Source: Bacillota bacterium (lineage in GTDB: Bacteria > Bacillota > Clostridia > Acetivibrionales > DSM-1351). Taken from it: a stretch of 32,000 bases of DNA. Position numbers and translations under genes: made by a program. The notes beneath the pieces are model-generated. The model was not told where the DNA came from, searched no databases, and saw only the letters and a list, made by a program, of their open reading frames with translations. Location: contig JAEWOH010000048.1 of NCBI GenBank assembly GCA_023460955.1, positions 79,346 to 111,345 of the forward strand. Reading direction: 5' to 3'. Shown one piece after another: positions 18,688-26,930 of the stretch (within the stretch, counting starts at the first letter, position 1; each line of letters opens with the position of its first letter).

Positions 18688-20562
18688 ATGGAAGAGAAAA
18701 AGTATACACAAAAAGACTTTATGATAGAATATGAAAACACAAGGTTGAAAGAATTAGGAATAGATATAGAAAAAGATGAGTACTATAAGCATCCTAAATT
18801 TATTGAGTTGAAAAAGGGATATATCAGTGAATTTAAGCATTTTGTGACTGAAGCTTGGTGGATAGAAAAGAATATCGTAGGGCAAGAAAGATTAAAAAAA
18901 ATATATGGTATATATGCATTTGGGATTGAGGCAGAGTTAGATGAAAAAGAATTACAGGATATTGCATTGTATACCGCTTTAGCAGATAAATATCCTGAAA
19001 AGTGTAGGAATGAAGCTGATGTACGAAAATATTTTAATAGAAATGAACATTCTGAAAAGAATGGTGACAAATTAGGTTTGATAGCAAGGCTAAAAGAATG
19101 GGGATTCGATATAGAAGCATTTCCGGAAAGCAAAAGAGAAAGAATAAAATTATTGTATTTTCTATATTGTGTGGAAAATGAAAACAGAATGCTTCTTTCA
19201 CAGTTTTTAAAAAATCCTACGTTAGAGAATGTAGATAATGGATTTATTGGACATGTAACTAAAAATGGCGATATTATGTCAGAGATAAAACGAACTATTG
19301 CGAGAGAGATTAATCCAGAGTACATATATATGTTAAATGGAACTATGCTAACAATAGCACAAGAATGGGAAACCCAGATTCAACGAGTAATGTTAGCTGT
19401 GGATTTTTGTGATAACAAAACTAAATTACAAGATTTAGAACGGATGAATGAATATGTTAATATTGTAGCTAATATGGTTTGTCAGCATCCTGATAAATGT
19501 GGATATTATGAAGATACCTTATTAGAAACATTCTTATTGAAATTATCGCAGCATGAATATATCGGAATTGAGAATGACATTTTGGATATTGCAGAAATTG
19601 CAACGGATATACCAGAAGTTACTATTTCATATAGACCGCAAAGATATATAGAATTAGCATTTGAGACTGTGGCTAAGGACGCTGTAAAATTATATATAAA
19701 GGAAAATCGAAGAGAATTAGCCCAATTGGTGTTTGAAAAAGACAAGATTACTGGTAGTGACTATCAGAAGTTTGATACAGCTGCAGCAAAAGCTGAATAC
19801 TGTATTGATATATTTCATGCAAATACTTTTATGCGACAACACAATAATATTACTAAGTTATTAGTACTTGTAATCATACAGGAAATTGTGAGGCTAGATA
19901 GGAAAGAAATAATAGAAAATAAGTTTTATCGATATGAAAGAAATGATCAAAAGACACTTAATACAGAAATTATGAATTCTACAAGTGCATTTCGAAAAAA
20001 TCAATTTGCATGGATAGCTAAAGTTATGAGAAGGTATAATTTATATAAGGGGAAAAAGAAGGAGACTGTTCTCGCCAAAACAATAGAAAAAAACATAGAT
20101 AGAATAATGATTAAGATTTTTAACTGCAATTCATTAAATGGTATGATTTGCGTTCATAATTATGTAATGATATGGCTGGATGCAGTTTTTGTAGATTCTC
20201 AAATTGTTTTGAGAGACTTCAATACATTTAGAGAGAAAATATATAAAAGGAACGGATTTAATGTAGCGGTTAACTCGTTTAAGGCCCAAATGTTTTTTGG
20301 TACAAGTGTTAATTCCGAAATTCCGTTATTACTCGCTAATGTAATAATAGATAAAATTGAGGAAATGATTTCACTAGGCGAAGATGAAATGGTAATAAAA
20401 TGGCCGATTGGGATGGAAGATAATTATTTTCACGAGGAGGAAGAATTTTATATAGTAACAATTATAGATATCAAAAATAAGGAAGTTACTATATCAGATT
20501 TTGAAGCCGATCCTAAAGGGAAATATAGAGAGCGGCTTATAACAAACGGGATACCAATATAA
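18688..20562 (+). CDS. Hypothetical 624-aa protein, no recognisable motifs (cargo gene 2)
   Basis: Long clean ORF. ATG 18688 with RBS aaaagga 10 nt upstream; the ORF track opens at TTG 18679. No Walker A/B, helicase, HNH, HEPN or TM signatures seen. The C-terminus is acidic and beta-rich. Confidence 0.7.
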   Translation: MEEKKYTQKDFMIEYENTRLKELGIDIEKDEYYKHPKFIELKKGYISEFKHFVTEAWWIEKNIVGQERLKKIYGIYAFGIEAELDEKELQDIALYTALADKYPEKCRNEADVRKYFNRNEHSEKNGDKLGLIARLKEWGFDIEAFPESKRERIKLLYFLYCVENENRMLLSQFLKNPTLENVDNGFIGHVTKNGDIMSEIKRTIAREINPEYIYMLNGTMLTIAQEWETQIQRVMLAVDFCDNKTKLQDLERMNEYVNIVANMVCQHPDKCGYYEDTLLETFLLKLSQHEYIGIENDILDIAEIATDIPEVTISYRPQRYIELAFETVAKDAVKLYIKENRRELAQLVFEKDKITGSDYQKFDTAAAKAEYCIDIFHANTFMRQHNNITKLLVLVIIQEIVRLDRKEIIENKFYRYERNDQKTLNTEIMNSTSAFRKNQFAWIAKVMRRYNLYKGKKKETVLAKTIEKNIDRIMIKIFNCNSLNGMICVHNYVMIWLDAVFVDSQIVLRDFNTFREKIYKRNGFNVAVNSFKAQMFFGTSVNSEIPLLLANVIIDKIEEMISLGEDEMVIKWPIGMEDNYFHEEEEFYIVTIIDIKNKEVTISDFEADPKGKYRERLITNGIPI

Positions 20563-20572
20563 AGATTCAACT

Positions 20573-20630
20573 AAAAGCCAAAGAGTGTGATCTGTAAGGA
20601 TCATTCTCTTTGGCTTTTTATTATTTTGGA
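20573..20630 (+). terminator. Rho-independent terminator of the cargo operon
   Basis: Perfect 13-bp stem: aaaagccaaagag (20573-20585) pairs with ctctttggctttt (20606-20618). Inner palindrome tgatc/gatca. T-rich tail. Confidence 0.75.
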
Positions 20631-20730
20631 TGAAAAGTCTACGGCTAAGTGGTAACGAATTACCAGATTTAATATGTTATCTTATATTCATCGTTGGAAA
20701 GATATTTAGCGATAAGGAGGTGAATGTGTT

Positions 20731-20859
20731 ATGGCTTCATATATTGATGAAGATGAATTGGAATGCCGAGTTTGTGGTCATATAGGCATGCTACTAAATG
20801 GGGATTGGACAGTTGAATGTCCATCATGTGATGCGGAGTATAGTTTAATAGATGAATAG
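20731..20859 (+). CDS. 42-aa zinc-ribbon protein (below ORF-track size cut-off)
   Basis: AAGGAGG at 20714-20720, 10 nt before the ATG. Translation is MASYIDEDELECRVCGHIGMLLNGDWTVECPSCDAEYSLIDE, with CxxC...CxxC. Confidence 0.5.
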   Translation: MASYIDEDELECRVCGHIGMLLNGDWTVECPSCDAEYSLIDE

Positions 20860-20879
20860 GGAAATAAGAGATAGAAGGG

Positions 20880-21218
20880 ATGAAATTTATGAAATGCGAG
20901 AATATTTTTATTGAGTATGAACCATCAGATACTATTGAGAAGCAAGGAAAAAGGGGCGATATTCAGAAATATCTGAAAAAAGGTTATTATATCAAAGAAG
21001 AAAGAAATGGTTATTGGGTCTTAGTCAAAAGTTCAAAAGTAATTATTAATATTAGTAATTCTTCAGGAAATTGGACTTTTGACATAAAGCAAGATATACT
21101 TGATTTTTATGAAAAAAAGAAAATTTCTGAGAAATTAGTTGAAAAGTTCAAGCAGGATATTAAGGATGATAAGGTCAGTATATATATGGATGAAAAAGGT
21201 AATTATGATATTAGGTGA
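20880..21218 (+). CDS. Hypothetical small lysine-rich protein
   Basis: 112-aa ORF 20 nt after the zinc-ribbon ORF. ATG 20889 has better spacing to GAAGGG than ATG 20880. No family recognised. Confidence 0.55.
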   Translation: MKFMKCENIFIEYEPSDTIEKQGKRGDIQKYLKKGYYIKEERNGYWVLVKSSKVIINISNSSGNWTFDIKQDILDFYEKKKISEKLVEKFKQDIKDDKVSIYMDEKGNYDIR

Positions 21219-21321
21219 ATAAGGTTAACGGAAAAAAATATATTGGCAGCGCAGATATATGTAAATGTACGAATTAGTTTCCAAAGATGAAAACATCAAT
21301 TTATGTAAATCAATATAGATA

Positions 21322-21366
21322 AAAGGAACAAACCGTTTAGTCTAAAGATCTGCGGCTTGTTCCTTT
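21322..21366 (-). terminator. Terminator hairpin directly after the serine recombinase stop
   Basis: aaaggaacaaaccg (21322-21335) pairs with cggcttgttccttt (21353-21366). The one mismatch becomes G-U in the minus-strand RNA. A T-rich tail follows on the minus strand. Confidence 0.55.
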
Positions 21367-21369
21367 AGG

Positions 21370-22941
21370 TTATTCTTCCACGTCCACCGCAACGCCGGAC
21401 TTAAATTCCACGCTAAATCTGTCCTCATAGACGGTGACCTTTTCAATCAGTCGCCTAACAAGCTGCTCATCGTATTCGGTAAGAGTGGTAGGCTGCTCCT
21501 GCAGGAATGAACTCATGTCGGAAATTCGTTTCCTCAGTTCATCCCGTCCGGCGCTTTCCAGCTGAAGCTTCTGTTTTTCCTCGCGAAGATGGTAAATTTC
21601 ATCGCCAACTTTCTCATAATCGGCCTTGGAGCTGGCGAGCTTCAAAAGCTCGGCTTGCAGCTCCGACAGTCGTTCATCGATACCAGCCAGAGCATGATCA
21701 TTTCCGTGAGTTAAGACGGTTTCGATATTATTCTGCAGGGTCACAAGGAAGGAGTCCTTTCCGCAGAGCGTTTTATTTATGGCGGTAACCATTAGCTGTT
21801 CGATTGTGCTTTCCAGCACCGTTCGGGCATCGCAATATAATCCGGTGTTTTCTAACCTGCTGATGCAGCGCCAAACAACCGACTTTTTACCTCGGTTGTT
21901 CCAATGAATCCTGCGGTAAAACTCGCCGCAGCCTCTGCAAATAATCATGTTCGAGAAACAGTGAATGCTGCTGAAGGTTCGATTCTTCCCGTTCGGGCTG
22001 GTATGGACAATGCGGCGACGGATGAGTTCCTCCTGCACCTGCATGAAAATTTCTCGGGGGATGATGGCTTCATGGCTGTTTTCCACATAATACTGTGGAA
22101 CGATGCCATGGTTCTTTACCCGCGTCTTTGTGAGGAAGTCCGTGGTATATGTTTTCTGCAAGAGCGCATCGCCTATATATTTTTCATTACGCAGAATCTG
22201 GTTGATGTTGCTGGTGTGCCACTTTTCATGGCCTGCACCATTCAGAATACCGTCGGCCTCAAGGCCTCGGGCTATTTTCAACATACTGGCGCCTTCGAGG
22301 TATTCCCGGTAGATGCGCTTTACGATTTCAGCTTCCTCGGGAACAATGACCAGTCGCTTATTCTCATCCTTAGTGAATCCCAGAAACCTATTGCAATTAA
22401 CTTGAATTTCCCCTTGTTGGTATCGGTATTGCAGCCCCAGCTTTACGTTCTGACTCAGGGACTGGCTTTCCTGCTGGGCAAGAGATGCCATAATGGTGAG
22501 CATGACTTCGCCCTTGGAGTCCATGGAGTTGATGTTTTCTTTTTCAAAGTACACGGGGATGCTTTTTTCTTTAAGCTGCCGGATATACTTCAGGCAGTCC
22601 AGCGTGTTACGGGCAAATCGGCTAATGGACTTTGTGATGACCATATCAACATTGCCCGCCATGCACTCATCAATCATGCGGTTGAATTCCTCTCGCTTTT
22701 TGGTGTTGGTGCCAGAGATGCCGTCGTCGGCATAGATTCCTGCCAGCACCCAGTCCGGATGACCGTTTATGTAGGCAGTGTAGTGCTCAATCTGTGCTTC
22801 ATAGCTGGTGGCCTGTTCGTCGCTGTCTGTGGAAACCCTGCAGTAGGCAGCTACCCGCAGTTTAGCTTTTTCCTCATCTTCTTTATTTCCTCTGGCATTC
22901 TTCCTGGCTGGGAGCACAGTGACGTTTTTCTTTACATTCAC
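21370..22941 (-). CDS. Large serine recombinase (resolvase/invertase N-domain plus recombinase plus zinc-ribbon domains)
   Basis: Catalytic region [16 protein letters not shown]...ISRFARN, recombinase domain, and Cys-rich CRGCGEFY...WRC zinc ribbon. GTG start 3 nt after the upstream stop, with a GAGGTG RBS. Confidence 0.92.
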   Translation of the reverse strand: MNVKKNVTVLPARKNARGNKEDEEKAKLRVAAYCRVSTDSDEQATSYEAQIEHYTAYINGHPDWVLAGIYADDGISGTNTKKREEFNRMIDECMAGNVDMVITKSISRFARNTLDCLKYIRQLKEKSIPVYFEKENINSMDSKGEVMLTIMASLAQQESQSLSQNVKLGLQYRYQQGEIQVNCNRFLGFTKDENKRLVIVPEEAEIVKRIYREYLEGASMLKIARGLEADGILNGAGHEKWHTSNINQILRNEKYIGDALLQKTYTTDFLTKTRVKNHGIVPQYYVENSHEAIIPREIFMQVQEELIRRRIVHTSPNGKNRTFSSIHCFSNMIICRGCGEFYRRIHWNNRGKKSVVWRCISRLENTGLYCDARTVLESTIEQLMVTAINKTLCGKDSFLVTLQNNIETVLTHGNDHALAGIDERLSELQAELLKLASSKADYEKVGDEIYHLREEKQKLQLESAGRDELRKRISDMSSFLQEQPTTLTEYDEQLVRRLIEKVTVYEDRFSVEFKSGVAVDVEE

Positions 22942-22944
22942 AAT

Positions 22945-23358
22945 TTACACCTCGCTTTCTATAAGACTGTAGGCATATTCCGCCTGCTGGAAGGGGTCGT
23001 CGAACTGTTTGGTACCCTCTTTGATGCGGAAGGCAGTGGGGAAGACGACCGCAGTAGCTTCTTTTGGTTCATGTATACGACCGAGCTTTATAGCCCGCTT
23101 GACGCGCTCAGCTTCAGCTTCGGTAAAAATTTCTGATTCAATAATTGCTGGGTAGTACTCATCACCGAGGTAATGCTTATTCCGGAGCATCTTTCCTATA
23201 GCCGCATGGGAGGTTAGGATTCCTGCCTTTTGGGATGCAGTCGCCAAGGAATCACCTGAAAGGTAAGCCTGAAATAGAGACTTTATCTGTTGGGCAGCAA
23301 GCTCATCTATCTCGGCTTTGCCGTTTTCTATCCGATAGCCATAGGGTGTGTGGCCCAT
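22945..23358 (-). CDS. Recombinase-domain-only protein (no catalytic resolvase domain)
   Basis: MGHTPYGYRIENGKAEIDELAAQQIKSLFQAY...KMLRNKHYLGD matches the segment after the catalytic domain of large serine recombinases (compare SSPYGYDAVDGELFVNEQQAEIVRFIF in the 24910-26481 protein). It lacks the RVST catalytic serine region. Confidence 0.7.
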   Translation of the reverse strand: MGHTPYGYRIENGKAEIDELAAQQIKSLFQAYLSGDSLATASQKAGILTSHAAIGKMLRNKHYLGDEYYPAIIESEIFTEAEAERVKRAIKLGRIHEPKEATAVVFPTAFRIKEGTKQFDDPFQQAEYAYSLIESEV

Positions 23359-23488
23359 TCATCTCACCAGCCTCGTATTATATAGTCGTAGTTATTTATA
23401 TCCCTCGCCAAGGATATGTAATATACTGTTTAAGATACTGTGGATTAGTTTCACCTACCTACCACTTTGATGGTTAAAGAAAGGCTCT

Positions 23489-23579
23489 AACCACAGTCTC
23501 TTTGTTACTTTGTTAATCAGTTAGATACCGCATGACGGTTTATTTAGAACGAGGTTACAACTGCAAAGAGCACTGTGGT
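23489..23579 (+). ncRNA. Structured element in the IS110 left end (candidate bridge/seek RNA segment)
   Basis: aaccacagtctctttg (23489-23504) pairs with caaagagcactgtggt (23564-23579) with one bulge, enclosing ~60 nt with the inner hairpin ccg-catga-cgg. It lies 5' of the transposase. Confidence 0.3.
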
Positions 23580-23616
23580 CCTAAAACAGTATCAATTTAT
23601 TTCAAGGAGTATTTGA

Positions 23617-24792
23617 ATGATATACGTAGGAATTGATATTTCTAAGGATAAGCATGACTGCTTTATCACTAACTCAGATGGAGAAGTGCTATTCAAAGTT
23701 TTTAACATCCAAAACAATCTTGAAGGGTTCAATTACCTTTTTCAAAGAATTAAATCCGTTGCATCAGATTTTGGCAAAGTAAAAGTAGGTCTTGAGGCCA
23801 CTGGACACTACAGCTACAATCTTCTGGGATTCCTTCTTGATAAAGGTCTGACCACCTTTGTTATCAACCCGTTACATACCAATCTTTACAGAAAAAGTCT
23901 AAGCCTTAGAAAGACGAAAACGGATAAAGTTGATGCCCGTACAATAGCTATGATGTTAATGTCTGATGTAAACCTTAAGCCCTACTCAGATACATCTTAC
24001 CACAATGAAGAGTTAAAATCACTAACTCGTTACCGTCTGGATAAAGTTCAGGAACGTGCTAAGCTAAAAACATCTATTTCAAGACTTGTTAACATTCTTT
24101 TCCCTGAATTAGAAAAGTTGGTTCCCACCTTACATATGGCTTCTGTCTATGCTTTGTTACAGGAATTCCCTGGTGCCTCTAAAGTAGCTACTGCTCATTT
24201 AACCAAGCTTACAAATCTTTTAAACGAATCTTCAAAAGGTCGCTATTGTAAAGACATGGCTGTTACTATCCGTGAAGCTGCTAGAACTTCCATCGGTTCA
24301 ATAATGCCAGCCAAGTCTCTAGAGATGAAGCACACCATTTCCTTAATTAAAGAATTAGATTCAGAAATTGATGATATCGAGGCTGAAATTAAATCTATTA
24401 TGGATGAAATATCTTCGCCGATACTTACTATTCCAGGGATCAATTATCGTATGGGAGCAATGATTATTGCCGAAATTGGTGATTTTAAAAGGTTTGATTC
24501 TCCTGATAAAATACTTGCATATGCAGGATTATCTCCATCAACCTACCAGTCAGGACAATTGGAATCCTCTTATTCTCACATGGAGAAGCGTGGTTCGAGA
24601 TATTTGCGCTATGCACTATTTAATGCTACCAAATTCGTTTGTCACTGGGATCCAACTTTTGTAGCATATCTTCAAAAGAAACGTAGCGAAGGTAAGCATT
24701 ACAATGTTGCAATCTCACATGCCGCCAAAAAGCTTGTAAGGGTTATCTACCATCTTGAGAAAACAAAGCAGGCATATATCAAAGCGGCTTAA
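23617..24792 (+). CDS. IS110 family transposase (DEDD N-domain plus Transposase_20 C-domain)
   Basis: MIYVGIDISKDKHD...GLEATGHY... N-terminal RuvC-like DEDD pattern. C-terminal IPGINYRMGAMIIAEIGDFKRFDSPDKILAYAGLSPSTYQSGQ. RBS aaggag. Confidence 0.9.
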   Translation: MIYVGIDISKDKHDCFITNSDGEVLFKVFNIQNNLEGFNYLFQRIKSVASDFGKVKVGLEATGHYSYNLLGFLLDKGLTTFVINPLHTNLYRKSLSLRKTKTDKVDARTIAMMLMSDVNLKPYSDTSYHNEELKSLTRYRLDKVQERAKLKTSISRLVNILFPELEKLVPTLHMASVYALLQEFPGASKVATAHLTKLTNLLNESSKGRYCKDMAVTIREAARTSIGSIMPAKSLEMKHTISLIKELDSEIDDIEAEIKSIMDEISSPILTIPGINYRMGAMIIAEIGDFKRFDSPDKILAYAGLSPSTYQSGQLESSYSHMEKRGSRYLRYALFNATKFVCHWDPTFVAYLQKKRSEGKHYNVAISHAAKKLVRVIYHLEKTKQAYIKAA

Positions 24793-24909
24793 ACTATTTC
24801 TTAATACTTCTTTTTGAGCACCTTAAAAGATGCTCTATTTGTCATGCAGTTTTCAAAGTTCAAATAAATCAATGAAATATTAAGTCATTTTTATTGTAAA
24901 ATATCATTT

Positions 24910-26481
24910 TTACACTTGACTTTTAATAGTTAGTCTTTCTTTTAATGTAATGCCGCATTTTAATTCAAATCCAATCTCTGTCCGGGAATATACAATAACC
25001 CGTTCTACAAATTTGTTGAAAACATCTTCATCAAAGCGTTTCAACATGGTCGCCTTGGTGGCATATTGCAGTAAGGTACTGACCTCACTTAAATGCTGGT
25101 TCCCACTCTGTAGTAGGCGGTTGATAGAATCCTTCTGACGTTTTAACAGATCAGCTTCCTGAAGCAGATTGTTGTTGCTTTTCTTGTAAACTACGCGGTC
25201 GAGATAGCCTTTGGTCATCAGATTGATTAGCACATTTTGCTGTTCAGTGTTTTCCTCCAGCTTTTTATCAATGTCTTGAATGCTCATGAGGCTATCGTCA
25301 GCATTCACATCTCGCAGGCCTATCAATAGAGGCTTCAGTACAGTTTGATGACTGAAGATAAGCTTGTTCATCATTGTGACGAAGGCATACTCAAAATCGG
25401 AATCCGGGACGTATTTCATAGAGCATTTTCTAATGTTTTCAATATGAGTGGAGCAGCACCATGCAATGTATTTGCTTCCGCTGGAGTGGGTTCGGCGCTT
25501 AAATGTGCCACCGCACTGACCGCAGATGATTTTCCCGGAGAAGGGGTAGCGGTTTAAGTATTTATCGCTGTACTTTTCTACACCCTTTTCCTTGGCGCGC
25601 TGCTCAATGATTTTCTGGGCAGCTTCAAAATCCTCCCGGCTAATAATCGCTGTATGATTATCTTTAACGTAGTACTGTTCTTTCGCACCATCATTTTTAT
25701 GCCTATTGTAGCAGGCATCAGTATAGGTCTTCTGAAAAATGACGTCACCGGTGTACTTTTCATTACTGACCATGCCTCGGATGGTCGTGGATGTCCAGCG
25801 TCCACCTTTCTTAGTGGGAATGCTGCGGCGGTTCAGCTCATCTGCAATCTTGTGAGTGCTTTTTCCAGACAGGAGCTCAGTAAAGATAAAACGGACGATT
25901 TCAGCCTGTTGTTCATTCACAAACAGTTCACCATCAACAGCATCGTAGCCATAGGGAGAAGACGCTATTTTGTAGGTACCGTTTTGGAATCGCCTTTGAA
26001 TGGACCATTTATTGTTCTCGGCGATGGAGGCTGATTCACCCTCGGCCAGTCCACTCAGGATTGACAGCATGAGTTCACTTTCCATTGACCCGGTGTTGAT
26101 GTTCTCGCTTTCAAAGTAGACGGAAATGCCAAGCTTGGTCAGTTTGCGAACCAGATCCAGGCAATCCATAGTGTTTCGAGCAAACCGGCTTATCGACTTT
26201 GTGACAATAAAATCTATTTTTCCTTGCTCGCAGTCGGCAATCATCCGAAGCAGCTCAGAGCGTTTTTCTTTCTTGGTACCCGTTATGCCCTCGTCATAAT
26301 AAAGCCCGGCAAACTCCCATGCCGGATTTGCCTTGATGTAGGATTCGTAATGGCTTTTCTGGGTTTCAAGACTAACCAGCTGATCGTTGTTGTCGGTTGA
26401 AACGCGGGCATAGGCAGCGACCCGCAGCTTTGAATACTTTACTTGGCCATTTGAATTTTGAGCGATTTTCGTTACTTTCAA
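24910..26481 (-). CDS. Large serine recombinase
   Basis: LRVAAYARVSTDNNDQ...ISRFARN catalytic domain, SPYGY recombinase domain, CGQCGGTF...WCC zinc ribbon, and coiled-coil C-terminus. TTG start with an AGGAGGTG RBS. Confidence 0.92.
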   Translation of the reverse strand: MKVTKIAQNSNGQVKYSKLRVAAYARVSTDNNDQLVSLETQKSHYESYIKANPAWEFAGLYYDEGITGTKKEKRSELLRMIADCEQGKIDFIVTKSISRFARNTMDCLDLVRKLTKLGISVYFESENINTGSMESELMLSILSGLAEGESASIAENNKWSIQRRFQNGTYKIASSPYGYDAVDGELFVNEQQAEIVRFIFTELLSGKSTHKIADELNRRSIPTKKGGRWTSTTIRGMVSNEKYTGDVIFQKTYTDACYNRHKNDGAKEQYYVKDNHTAIISREDFEAAQKIIEQRAKEKGVEKYSDKYLNRYPFSGKIICGQCGGTFKRRTHSSGSKYIAWCCSTHIENIRKCSMKYVPDSDFEYAFVTMMNKLIFSHQTVLKPLLIGLRDVNADDSLMSIQDIDKKLEENTEQQNVLINLMTKGYLDRVVYKKSNNNLLQEADLLKRQKDSINRLLQSGNQHLSEVSTLLQYATKATMLKRFDEDVFNKFVERVIVYSRTEIGFELKCGITLKERLTIKSQV

Positions 26482-26541
26482 GTTCTCACCTCCTTGGTCA
26501 GTATCACATATTACCTCTAAAACCTATTTATATCAACGGTT

Positions 26542-26754
26542 TTAAGGCATAATCTCTGCTAAGGCGGGAGAAAAAGATTGACGGTTCAACGCTGTTATCT
26601 TGTTGAACTCTGATTCGGATATAAACCCTTCATCAAGTAAGGCTTTGAGCAGCTTTTGAACTCTTACGTAATCATACTCACGTTGCAGTTGCTCCTGTGG
26701 AACTGGCTTTTTTTCAGCACTGCTTTCAGGAGTCTCATATTTAGTGTTTGTCAT
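26542..26754 (-). CDS. Small SHOCT-like protein upstream of the serine recombinase
   Basis: Start placed at the internal ATG 26754 (MTNTKYE...), which has AGGAGG 8-9 nt upstream. VQKLLKALLDEGFISESEFNKI resembles the SHOCT short C-terminal motif. Confidence 0.5.
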   Translation of the reverse strand: MTNTKYETPESSAEKKPVPQEQLQREYDYVRVQKLLKALLDEGFISESEFNKITALNRQSFSPALAEIMP

Positions 26755-26865
26755 TTTCTGTTTCCTCCTTTTGAAGAGAGGCACCCCTTCGATATCCACA
26801 GGACAGGAAAGGTCTGTTTGAGTACCGGAAGGTTCCTTTTTCCCGTGGCTTTTTTGCTGGGGGGG

Positions 26866-26907
26866 CAAAAAAACTCCCCTCACTTCCAAAAGGACAGTGA
26901 GGGGAGT
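26866..26907 (-). terminator. Rho-independent terminator after the endolysin gene
   Basis: actcccctcact (26873-26884) pairs with agtgaggggagt (26896-26907). On the minus strand the hairpin is followed by T7 (26867-26873). Confidence 0.75.
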
Positions 26908-26930
26908 AAATCCGTAGGAAAATTATTTCT

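Larger units (their letters stand above)
23380..24905 (+). mobile_element. IS110-family insertion sequence (boundaries approximate)
   Basis: The whole 1.55-kb gap between two co-oriented minus-strand recombinase-module genes is occupied by an opposite-strand IS110 transposase with ~240-nt 5' and ~115-nt 3' non-coding ends. No inverted repeats, as expected for IS110. Confidence 0.6.

Noticed and set aside
18783-19325. 180-aa minus-strand ORF inside cargo gene 2
   Set aside because: Antisense to the much longer 624-aa frame. No RBS, and the composition is typical of antisense reading of AT-rich coding DNA.
17532-20562. Assignment of the two-gene operon to Lamassu, Hachiman, Gabija or Septu
   Set aside because: The large partner lacks any Walker A/B or helicase motif that those systems require. 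The resemblance is limited to gene sizes and a nuclease-like motif.
21904-23136. 410-aa plus-strand ORF, the longest unexplained ORF in the track
   Set aside because: It runs antisense across two convincing minus-strand recombinase genes and spans their junction. It has no RBS and a low-complexity translation. This is a typical shadow ORF in a GC-richer region.
22945-23358. The 137-aa recombinase-domain ORF as a serine recombinase truncated by the IS110 insertion
   Set aside because: Only ~117 bp remain on the far side of the IS before the next gene's stop, so no displaced catalytic domain is present. The ORF also has its own start and RBS-like GGTGA.
26755-26889. N-terminal 45-aa extension of the 115-aa ORF (start at 26889)
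   Set aside because: The extension would be translated through the endolysin terminator hairpin and has no RBS. The internal ATG 26754 has a perfect AGGAGG.
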